From Acinetobacter phage Presley: a DNA stretch of 64,000 bases. Position 1 is the stretch's first letter; each line of letters begins with the position of its first letter. A program made the translations under genes and the position numbers. This document shows positions 9,792-17,023 of the stretch, piece after piece. Location of the stretch: sequence record KF669658.1; one strand, 5' to 3'. Under the pieces are notes generated by a model. It saw only the letters and a list, made by a program, of their open reading frames with translations, was not told the DNA's origin and made no database searches.

Positions 9792-10074
9792 CCAAAAACG
9801 TATGGACATCTTATGTTCCATGCCATTCATTTACGCCAGTTATTTAGGTAATGAACAGATCAGTGTTATTACTAATCCGATATATCAAGATGAGTATCTT
9901 ACATTTACTAATGAAGATGGTATAGAAAAAGATATCCTCATAAATAGTTCAATTATTAATAGAACACGTAAAGGGTTCAATATTAATATAGACGATACTG
10001 TTTTTATCTATTTCCTAAACCTTGTTCCAGTTACACCCATGGTTATTGCTCAACTTAACTTAGTAGGTAAATAA
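9775..10074 (+). CDS. hypothetical protein
   Basis: Overlap-coupled small ORF. Confidence 0.45.
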   Translation: MELEINQKRMDILCSMPFIYASYLGNEQISVITNPIYQDEYLTFTNEDGIEKDILINSSIINRTRKGFNINIDDTVFIYFLNLVPVTPMVIAQLNLVGK

Positions 10075-10075
10075 C

Positions 10076-10318
10076 ATGAATACACTAGAAGAAGTGCTAG
10101 TAAATAGAAAGAACATTTATATTTTAATAGCTGCTACAGATGCTATGCATGAAGCAGTTAATTTTATACGTCAATTATCTAAAGAATCGCTGGAAAGTAC
10201 AGTAATAACTGATCCTCAAGGTGGGATATTATTTAGGGATAGCCTAATATATCAGTTAGCTGAAAATCCAATGAAATCTACAGATGAATGGCAACAGGAA
10301 CTAGAAGATGCCAAATAA
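10076..10318 (+). CDS. hypothetical protein
   Basis: Small ORF ending at the bidirectional terminator. Confidence 0.45.
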   Translation: MNTLEEVLVNRKNIYILIAATDAMHEAVNFIRQLSKESLESTVITDPQGGILFRDSLIYQLAENPMKSTDEWQQELEDAK

Positions 10319-10321
10319 AAA

Positions 10322-10346
10322 ACCGGAGTATTACCTCCGGTTCTTA
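10322..10346. terminator. bidirectional intrinsic terminator (CCGGAG-tattac-CTCCGG)
   Basis: A-run 10313-10322 upstream and TTCTT downstream. The U-run is stronger for the minus-strand transcript. Lies between convergent genes. Confidence 0.7.
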
Positions 10347-10366
10347 GGGCCTTTAAACTATGCTGA

Positions 10367-10852
10367 TTAAGCTGCGTTTACGGTTACCTTAGCAGTAGCT
10401 GTTAAACCTTGATCAGCAGTAGTTACAGTGATTTCAGCTTCACCAACTTTTACACCAGTAACAGTACCATCTGCAGCCACAGTAGCAACAGTTTCATCAC
10501 TTGACTTAAATGTCACAGCTTTGTTGGTTGCAGTATCTGGTACTACTTTAGCAGTAAGCTTAGTAGTTGCACCTACTTTCACAGAAACAGAAGCTTTATT
10601 CAAAGTTACGTCAGTTACTTCAATAGTTTCATCACGGGTAGTAGCAACGTCTGTACCGTTGATATCAACAGTAAGAACACCGCCAGTACCTGTAGCGACT
10701 TCTGCTTTAGTTTGTACACCGTTTTCATCAATCAAACGATCAAGTAAAGTGTTTCCACCAAATACAGTACCTGCAGCGTTGAACGCTTCATCACTATCAT
10801 TACCAGTCCATTCACGACCTGTTTCTTTTGCTTGAGCCATGGTAGTTCCCAT
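10367..10852 (-). CDS. bacterial Ig-like (Big_2-type) domain protein
   Basis: TVATVAADGTVTGVKVGEAEITVTTADQGLTATAKVTV is a Big_2-like strand pattern. Monocistronic on the minus strand between terminator and divergent promoter region. Confidence 0.65.
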   Translation of the reverse strand: MGTTMAQAKETGREWTGNDSDEAFNAAGTVFGGNTLLDRLIDENGVQTKAEVATGTGGVLTVDINGTDVATTRDETIEVTDVTLNKASVSVKVGATTKLTAKVVPDTATNKAVTFKSSDETVATVAADGTVTGVKVGEAEITVTTADQGLTATAKVTVNAA

Positions 10853-10966
10853 CTCATAGTTAATATTGAGCCTAGATCATATCAAATTAATTATGAAATA
10901 GGTATTAATGGCATTTATAATAAAAAGCACATAAAATCGGTAAGGCACTGTTTCAGGGGAAATCCA

Positions 10967-11263
10967 ATGTTTCACGTTGATCCAGATGCTTGGGCTACCG
11001 TTGTCGGTGTCATGATCGTATGCGTATCGCTCTTTGTAGCAGTAGCTAGAAAAGTACAGAAGAAAATGACTAAACCTACTGTACTTTGGTTATCTATCGA
11101 AGTAGGTACTCACGTATTGGCAGCACTTATGGCTTATGAAATCTATCCACACTTAGGAGAAGCTTTAACCCCCGAATGGATGACAAGACCTATCTTTGTA
11201 GGCTTGGCAGTTTGGTTAGGTAGTAAGTTTATCCAAAGACTTGAGAAAGGTATTAGGTTATAA
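10967..11263 (+). CDS. small membrane protein, 3 predicted TM helices (holin-like topology)
   Basis: The track TTG start 10832 overlaps the minus-strand gene. ATG at 10967 has SD AGGGGA. Hydrophobic segments WATVVGVMIVCVSLFVAVA, VLWLSIEVGTHVLAALMAY, PIFVGLAVWLGSKFI, with a charged C-terminus. Confidence 0.5.
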   Translation: MFHVDPDAWATVVGVMIVCVSLFVAVARKVQKKMTKPTVLWLSIEVGTHVLAALMAYEIYPHLGEALTPEWMTRPIFVGLAVWLGSKFIQRLEKGIRL

Positions 11264-11279
11264 GCAACGCTTCACCTTG

Positions 11280-11308
11280 ATCCCCATTACGGGGATTTTT
11301 CTTTTAGG
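11280..11308 (+). terminator. intrinsic terminator (TCCCC-attac-GGGGA + TTTTTCTTTT)
   Basis: GC hairpin plus U-run, followed directly by AGGAGAG SD of the next gene. Confidence 0.65.
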
Positions 11309-11317
11309 AGAGACTAA

Positions 11318-11839
11318 ATGTCTATCGGTAAAAAAGTAGTTGATAAAGTAAGTAAGGTATTAAATATCCCTAACTTCTTGAAAGAAACAGTAACCCGTGT
11401 ATTAAAGATACAACCAGATAAAATAATTATCTGTGGTTACAACACTAAAACCCAAACAATTGCATCAGGTGGTGCAGGTGAATTAGGTACAAGTGATGCT
11501 GTACTCATGCTCACCTCAGCTTTAGCCAGTGTATATCTGGAATTACCTAAAGACGGTGATAAACGCTTCCCTATTAATGACTTCATGTCATCCATGAATG
11601 TTATGACTTTGGATGCAATTCAGAAACGCGATCCTCAAGCAATCTATTCATCTACAGTGCCTGTAGAAGATCATAGGAAGCTTCCTGATCAACCATTCCC
11701 ACCAACTGCACCAGTACCTCCTACACATCCTGTAGAAGTACAGGAATCTGTAGTAGAAGAAACACCTGTTAATGAACCTCAAAAGGCTAAAACAGTTAAA
11801 CGTGTACGTAAGACACCAGTGAAAAAGGATAATAAATAA
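11318..11839 (+). CDS. hypothetical protein (Pro/Thr-rich, basic C-terminus)
   Basis: ATG with AGGAGA SD. Confidence 0.5.
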   Translation: MSIGKKVVDKVSKVLNIPNFLKETVTRVLKIQPDKIIICGYNTKTQTIASGGAGELGTSDAVLMLTSALASVYLELPKDGDKRFPINDFMSSMNVMTLDAIQKRDPQAIYSSTVPVEDHRKLPDQPFPPTAPVPPTHPVEVQESVVEETPVNEPQKAKTVKRVRKTPVKKDNK

Positions 11840-12471
11840 TGAATATAGTTATTCCATTATGGGTACTTACTGTACTTATTATCTTCTTTTTAATTAGTGT
11901 TGGTTATATCACCTATCTATACACAGGCTTTAATTCTTTAAAAACTGAAATAGATTTACGTATGAGTGGTTTACGTTCTCGTATTGCTAATATTGAAGGT
12001 GAACATGTTCAACAGCATAATGCATACCGGGATATCATTAACGATATTACGGAGCTTAAAGCAATAGTATTTAATCAAGTAACCAATACAGCAATTGAAC
12101 TGGATTGGACGGATATAACCACTAAACTTAAAGCTGAATCTGGTGGACCTACTCAAGAAGAGCCTATTCAAAAACAGTATCAACAAACCCCGTCTATGAT
12201 CGATCATCGTAAGATGAAGGCCAAAGACAAAGTAAATGAACTGGCAGCCAAATACCCACACTACTATGTAAGAGTGGAAGGATTAGAAGTTATAGACTTC
12301 TATCGTTTGGCTATGTTGTACAACATCACAGATCCATGTATTCAACACGCTATTAAGAAACTACTAGCATTAGGTAATCGTGGGCATAAAGATCGCCGTC
12401 ACGATATCAATGATGTAATTGATACCTTACAAAGCCGTTTACGAATTATGGACGAAGACGGTATCGAATAA
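11839..12471 (+). CDS. membrane-anchored hypothetical protein
   Basis: N-terminal TM segment IVIPLWVLTVLIIFFLISVGYITYLY. ATGA-coupled. Confidence 0.5.
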   Translation: MNIVIPLWVLTVLIIFFLISVGYITYLYTGFNSLKTEIDLRMSGLRSRIANIEGEHVQQHNAYRDIINDITELKAIVFNQVTNTAIELDWTDITTKLKAESGGPTQEEPIQKQYQQTPSMIDHRKMKAKDKVNELAAKYPHYYVRVEGLEVIDFYRLAMLYNITDPCIQHAIKKLLALGNRGHKDRRHDINDVIDTLQSRLRIMDEDGIE

Positions 12472-12516
12472 TGAACTTCTTGCTATTATTCTTATTAATA
12501 TTAATAGGTATAGCAG

Positions 12517-12555
12517 CCTACAAGGTACTCAAAAATCTTGTAGGTTTTTTATTGG
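12517..12555 (+). terminator. intrinsic terminator (CCTACAAG...CTTGTAGG + TTTTTTATTGG)
   Basis: 8-bp stem plus a T6 run. It lies inside the track's 12419 ORF extension, which argues for the downstream 12578 start. Confidence 0.55.
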
Positions 12556-12577
12556 CTTTTATAAACAGGAAACAGAA

Positions 12578-13270
12578 ATGAGTGAACTCGTTCTAGCTGT
12601 AAACCGTGCTGAGTTATTTAAACAAGGCATCCATGATAGTGGCTTATGCTCGTTTGATTTACATGCAGTAAACCAGATAAACTATGCCTTATTACCGCGT
12701 GACTTTGCAGATAACAAATCACCCGAAGCGTTAGTCTTAGGTAATATCTTTGCTCAAATTCTTAGCTACGTAGTAGTTAAAAATGAAAAAGGACAAATCC
12801 TTACCTACCAGCGTAAAGGTAAAGAGAAGGGACTACTTGGTAAGTGGTCTATTGGTGTAGGCGGTCACATTAGCCAACAAGACTTCTTTACCATTATCAA
12901 TGAAACACATTCAGATTTCCCTGCATTAATGGATCTCATTATGCGTGGTACTGAACGTGAATTAGAGGAAGAACTTGGTATTGATGTTCAATACTGTTCT
13001 GAAATGTTCAATACATCAGAAGACTTCGCAGAAGCTATTAAATATTGCTTATCATCTTATGATGATTCAACTTCATCAGTACATGTAGGTTTACCATTCA
13101 TTATTGAAGTAAAGCAGTCGGATATTACATTCGATCCAAAAGAATTTAATAACCTGCAATGGCTAGATCCAAAAGAACTTGTTTATAGCCATAAACAAAA
13201 AACACGTGAATATGAAACATGGTCACGTATCTTGATTAAAAACTTTAATAAGTTTACAGCAGAGGGCTAA
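12578..13270 (+). CDS. Nudix hydrolase
   Basis: Nudix box GGHISQQD...RELEEELGI (G-x5-E-x7-REUxEExGU). SD AGGAAACAGAA before ATG 12578. Confidence 0.7.
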   Translation: MSELVLAVNRAELFKQGIHDSGLCSFDLHAVNQINYALLPRDFADNKSPEALVLGNIFAQILSYVVVKNEKGQILTYQRKGKEKGLLGKWSIGVGGHISQQDFFTIINETHSDFPALMDLIMRGTERELEEELGIDVQYCSEMFNTSEDFAEAIKYCLSSYDDSTSSVHVGLPFIIEVKQSDITFDPKEFNNLQWLDPKELVYSHKQKTREYETWSRILIKNFNKFTAEG

Positions 13271-13274
13271 GACT

Positions 13275-13643
13275 ATGACCCCAATTGATTACCGTATTGG
13301 TTACAGAGTAAAAGTAGATCCAAAGGATTGTATTACGGCACGTTGTCGCTGGTCTAATATCGATTGGGGTACTCTATTTGAAGAGTTGGAATGGGGTTAT
13401 GTATCTTCATCCAATTACTTTAAAGGAGTTATCACCGAAGTAAAGACACATAAATTCTTTGGTTTAATTCAATTAGAAGAACCTATCTTTACGGTCATGC
13501 TTGATATACCTAATCGTGGTCCGTACTACGTTACAACCCGACACCCTAAACTAATAGTAAGTTCACGTGATTTAATGACTATACATTACATCAATAAGTT
13601 TAGAACTTGCTCACAAAAGGATAACCATACTAATGGCAACTGA
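13275..13643 (+). CDS. hypothetical protein
   Basis: ORF with no recognised motif. Confidence 0.5.
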   Translation: MTPIDYRIGYRVKVDPKDCITARCRWSNIDWGTLFEELEWGYVSSSNYFKGVITEVKTHKFFGLIQLEEPIFTVMLDIPNRGPYYVTTRHPKLIVSSRDLMTIHYINKFRTCSQKDNHTNGN

Positions 13644-13944
13644 AATTAACCAATTATACTTAGCCATGATTATTGGCTTTGGTTTAGCTATGGGAGTAGC
13701 TATCTTTATTTCTGTATTGAAACTAGGTAGCAGTCTCATAGGATGGCTTGTAGAGCGCTCTATGGGCTATAAGAACTTTTCCTATAGTTCTACACCATCT
13801 AAACGTGTAAAGCTTGATGGACGCAAGTACATCGTAAATAGCGTGGTATCCAATGTAAGTGGATCTCATACTGTCCACTACTTAACTGGTATTGGTCCTA
13901 ACAATCCAGACGTAGTAATCACAGTTAAAAATAAAGGGGCTTAA
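13633..13944 (+). CDS. hypothetical membrane protein
   Basis: N-terminal hydrophobic stretch LYLAMIIGFGLAMGVAIFISVL. Confidence 0.45.
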   Translation: MATEINQLYLAMIIGFGLAMGVAIFISVLKLGSSLIGWLVERSMGYKNFSYSSTPSKRVKLDGRKYIVNSVVSNVSGSHTVHYLTGIGPNNPDVVITVKNKGA

Positions 13945-13962
13945 TGCCCCTTATTCAATTAA
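13933..13962. terminator. bidirectional intrinsic terminator (GGGGC-ttaat-GCCCC)
   Basis: Flanked by an A-run and a T-run. Both convergent stop codons lie in or adjacent to the hairpin. Confidence 0.7.
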
Positions 13963-14550
13963 CATTGTAAAGTAGTAACCCGTATAAATATCTATCAACC
14001 GTGTACTACGTCCCCAACCATATGTACCCCATTCCGGATCAGAAGTAACAAAGGTCAGTTCCTGTGTTTCTTCGTTATATTCCTCTATAGCAACATGAAA
14101 CACGGGTTTATTAAATGGATCTAGTAATGCAATAAAACCAGAAAACTTCTCTACATTAGTAATCTTATAAGTACCTGTACCTAATTTGATTAGTTGTTTT
14201 ACTGGTTTATTTTTAGTGACTAAATAGGGCCCTGCAACAAGCTTATCATCGTACACATCCATAGATGGCATAGCAGAACGAAGAACACGGTTACAGTCTA
14301 CAAAACCTAAACCTATATTTTCACGTGCAGACTGTGCAGATGTTGCACCAGTACCACCACGGGTAACAGGCAATGAATGACCTATCAATTTATTACTACC
14401 CGTACCTCCTGTAAGAAAATCCATAATAATACGAATATTAGTATTAAGAATACGCCCTGCTACTGGAAGGAATTCCCCCTTCTTATCATTAATAGCTTCA
14501 CCAATCTCAACGTATTCAACATCAGATTGACCATCATTGAAGTGCGACAT
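13951..14550 (-). CDS. tail fibre-like protein
   Basis: PVTRGGTGATSAQSARENIGLGF motif, common in phage tail fibre and receptor-binding proteins. Confidence 0.5.
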   Translation of the reverse strand: MSHFNDGQSDVEYVEIGEAINDKKGEFLPVAGRILNTNIRIIMDFLTGGTGSNKLIGHSLPVTRGGTGATSAQSARENIGLGFVDCNRVLRSAMPSMDVYDDKLVAGPYLVTKNKPVKQLIKLGTGTYKITNVEKFSGFIALLDPFNKPVFHVAIEEYNEETQELTFVTSDPEWGTYGWGRSTRLIDIYTGYYFTMLIE

Positions 14551-14854
14551 TAGTTCTCATCCTATTATAAAATTCAATTGCAGCACGATGTTTTGCATCA
14601 CACTCCCCGTATTTATAAACAGTATCCGTATAACCCTTTAATACCGTTCCACCTTTCCCGTCACTGAGCAAGCTCAGACTCCGGCAAGGTTCCACTATGT
14701 TCGCGGGCATTGGTGGAAGTAATATTCCCGTTGAGGACTGACAACCCACTGTCATCAAAACAGGTATTAAGGTAAATAGGTTCCTTAACAATCGTTTCAA
14801 CTTGCTTGATTGTAATCTCGTTACGTGTCTCACGTTCTGTTTTCCCTTGTTCAT
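14534..14854 (-). CDS. o-spanin (outer-membrane lipoprotein spanin), start uncertain
   Basis: Signal-like KLKRLLRNLFTLIPVLMTVGC followed by Cys. Mature part is Pro-rich (LLPPMPANIVEP). Different frame, overlapping the 3' end of the i-spanin gene. Alternative TTG start at 14782 would give a 19-aa lipoprotein signal. Confidence 0.5.
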   Translation of the reverse strand: MNKGKQNVRHVTRLQSSKLKRLLRNLFTLIPVLMTVGCQSSTGILLPPMPANIVEPCRSLSLLSDGKGGTVLKGYTDTVYKYGECDAKHRAAIEFYNRMRTNVALQ

Positions 14855-15053
14855 GTTTTTTAGATACATCATTCGCAATATCATTGCGCTCAATTACCAC
14901 CTTGATCTCTTGATCCTTCTTGGCTATCAGGTCTGATTGCAGACTACTGATAACCTCACCTCTATAAATAGCTAAGCCAGAAAAAGCTAATGAAGTGATT
15001 AAGAAGAATCCTGCAAGGTATGGTGATAGAAACTTATACCAAGCAATAAACAT
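14661..15053 (-). CDS. i-spanin (Rz-like, N-terminal TM plus coiled coil)
   Basis: Track start 15110 overlaps the endolysin. ATG at 15053 has GGAGG SD, 2 nt after the endolysin stop. N-terminal TM FIAWYKFLSPYLAGFFLITSLAFSGLAI, then a charged helical region. Confidence 0.55.
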   Translation of the reverse strand: MFIAWYKFLSPYLAGFFLITSLAFSGLAIYRGEVISSLQSDLIAKKDQEIKVVIERNDIANDVSKKHEQGKTERETRNEITIKQVETIVKEPIYLNTCFDDSGLSVLNGNITSTNAREHSGTLPESELAQ

Positions 15054-15055
15054 GC

Positions 15056-15589
15056 TTAACCTCCAAGGTATTGATGAATATCCAAAGCAACTTGTTTGGC
15101 TACAGTCCAATAAGTGTCTTGGAATTGTTTTAATTTTTCATCATTAGAGATGAACTCTAATTCAAGGATTAAACCACCTGCATTAATATAACCGAGCTTA
15201 CCACGTGCAGATTGGGACTGATCAATCCATCCATTATCACCACGAATAGGTGATCCCATAATCTTGGCTACACCTTGTGATAACTTCTGTGCAAGGACCT
15301 TATCTTTAGGTAGTGCAATAGTTTCCACACCTTTAGCAGTTTTATTGCTAGATGCATTCATGTGGAACTCAATTGCTACAGCAGAGCCTTTAATAAGCTT
15401 GATAGCTTCATTAAGGGATTGGTTATCAGAACCTACACCATCAGTACGTACGGTATAACCGTAATTACGTAGATAAGAAGCCACAGCATTACGGAACAGT
15501 ACAGCTAAAGAAGCTTCGGTAACTTTACCGTTTACAGCACCCGGATCAACATTAGAATGGCCTGCAGTAATGGTCACGATCTTAGACAT
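15056..15589 (-). CDS. endolysin, N-acetylmuramoyl-L-alanine amidase (Amidase_3 family)
   Basis: IVTITAGHSNVDPGA, AIEFHMNAS and LILELEFISNDE match the amidase_3 Zn-ligand and catalytic motifs. No signal peptide. Confidence 0.8.
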   Translation of the reverse strand: MSKIVTITAGHSNVDPGAVNGKVTEASLAVLFRNAVASYLRNYGYTVRTDGVGSDNQSLNEAIKLIKGSAVAIEFHMNASSNKTAKGVETIALPKDKVLAQKLSQGVAKIMGSPIRGDNGWIDQSQSARGKLGYINAGGLILELEFISNDEKLKQFQDTYWTVAKQVALDIHQYLGG

Positions 15590-15614
15590 ATTAGTTCTCT
15601 ATAGAATAAACGGT

Positions 15615-15650
15615 AGAAGCATTATCCTTAATGTTTATCCAGTAAGCAAA
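15615..15650 (-). promoter_or_regulatory. sigma70-like promoter candidate for the lysis cassette (TTGCTT-N17-GATAAT)
   Basis: -35 at 15644-15649 and -10 at 15621-15626 (complement), about 30 nt upstream of the endolysin ATG. Confidence 0.3.
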
Positions 15651-15720
15651 AATAATTGAGACTAAGATAAGAATGTACTAAACTACCTTTGTTAATTTCT
15701 AACCAATAAGGGTAAACATC

Positions 15721-15936
15721 ATGGCTGGTTCAACAACACCAACTACAGTTAAAGGCATTCCGATGGATCAGATGAAGTTACTTAATGACTTCTCAAATAC
15801 AATTCAATCACGTCAATATAAAAACCAAGTAGCAGTTAAAAAACTGGTCCTATCATTTACAGCAGAAGAAGGCTTGAGCATTGAGATTGAAGAAGAACCT
15901 GCAGTAGTTACATCCCCACCTGTAGGCTCTGTATAA
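15721..15936 (+). CDS. hypothetical small protein (71 aa)
   Basis: Lone plus-strand ORF inside the minus-strand island, followed by a strong terminator. Weak SD. Confidence 0.35.
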   Translation: MAGSTTPTTVKGIPMDQMKLLNDFSNTIQSRQYKNQVAVKKLVLSFTAEEGLSIEIEEEPAVVTSPPVGSV

Positions 15937-15950
15937 ACTACAGATAAAAA

Positions 15951-15980
15951 GAAGCCCCAATTAAGGGGCTTTTTTATTTT
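15951..15980. terminator. bidirectional intrinsic terminator (AGCCCC-aattaa-GGGGCT + T5ATTTT)
   Basis: Perfect 6-bp GC stem, with A-run upstream and T-run downstream. Confidence 0.75.
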
Positions 15981-15985
15981 CAAGG

Positions 15986-16660
15986 CTAAGAAGCAAATGA
16001 TGCAATATATACAGGTAAGGTTCCCCCATTAAGGAAAGCTTTAAAATTATCATGTATTTCACCACCACGCCCCCAAGCTTTGAATTGCAATTGCAACTTA
16101 CCATTTTCATATCTACCAAATAAAGCCCCCCTTACAGCCGTACCCATAGGACCTGGGGCAAACAAACTTGGAAAACTATTCATAATAATATAGGGATTAA
16201 GACCAACATCAACTGTTGTACCTGCAATTAATGTTTCAGCATCTAGTTGATACGCTTTTACAATTCTAGGTACATTTTTCGCAGAGTTAGCTGACCAAAG
16301 TAATTCACCCTGTTCATCATAAACATCTAAGTAACCTGATACTTTTTGGTAGTCTTCGCCTAAAAATACAAGCTTACCTTGATTTTCTCCATACCAATAC
16401 TGACCTGCAAATTCTCCACCTTCTATTGGTTTATATAGCGTTATAGTCCCGTCTGGTAATGTATTTCTTAAAGATGGGTAGCCTAGATACTTAGTTTTAA
16501 TAAATGAAGGGGCCATAACTACATTACTCATAGTTGTTCCCGTGCCAACGACTGCCCCATCTATTGTTGTAATATCTTGCTCTAAAATAATCCCTAAATG
16601 TTTCATAGTGTCACTAACAATAACCTCACCTAAAACATTTCTTACTTCAAATCCTGACAT
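15986..16660 (-). CDS. hypothetical protein (tail-associated by position)
   Basis: Immediately downstream of the fibre gene operon. No motif recognised. Confidence 0.5.
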   Translation of the reverse strand: MSGFEVRNVLGEVIVSDTMKHLGIILEQDITTIDGAVVGTGTTMSNVVMAPSFIKTKYLGYPSLRNTLPDGTITLYKPIEGGEFAGQYWYGENQGKLVFLGEDYQKVSGYLDVYDEQGELLWSANSAKNVPRIVKAYQLDAETLIAGTTVDVGLNPYIIMNSFPSLFAPGPMGTAVRGALFGRYENGKLQLQFKAWGRGGEIHDNFKAFLNGGTLPVYIASFAS

Positions 16661-16992
16661 TATGCATACCTATAAATATTCACATCGACATTTTGATTTC
16701 CAACAAATTTAGATACCCTTACGGTATCATCTTTATATATTGATGCAATATGACCACCTTGTTGTTGCAATGATGGGTATTGCCCGGTATATGTTCCAAC
16801 TGTTTTACTTTTCACAATTGCAACATGTGTAGAGGGTTTAATACCTGGGTATGTGTAATCTACGGTTTTCTCATTTACAGGAAATTGAATGCTGAATGTA
16901 TGAACTAAGTGTAGTTGCCTATCTGTAACATCTACAACACTCTTCCCATTTTCATCAAAACACTGTAAACCCTGCGACATATTTAACTCCAA
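16660..16992 (-). CDS. hypothetical protein
   Basis: GGAG SD 7 nt before the ATG. Follows the terminator of the fibre gene. Confidence 0.5.
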   Translation of the reverse strand: MELNMSQGLQCFDENGKSVVDVTDRQLHLVHTFSIQFPVNEKTVDYTYPGIKPSTHVAIVKSKTVGTYTGQYPSLQQQGGHIASIYKDDTVRVSKFVGNQNVDVNIYRYA

Positions 16993-17016
16993 AAATAAAA
17001 GGCTAGTTACCTAGCC
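16991..17016 (-). terminator. intrinsic terminator after the fibre gene (GGCTAG-gtaa-CTAGCC + U-run)
   Basis: On the minus strand the hairpin is followed by TTTTATTTTTGG, then a GGAG SD. Confidence 0.65.
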
Positions 17017-17023
17017 CTGAATA

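Noticed and set aside
12419-12577. ORF-track start of the Nudix gene at 12419
   Set aside because: The extension overlaps the upstream gene by 52 nt and runs through an 8-bp-stem intrinsic terminator (12517-12555). ATG 12578 with SD is the likely start.
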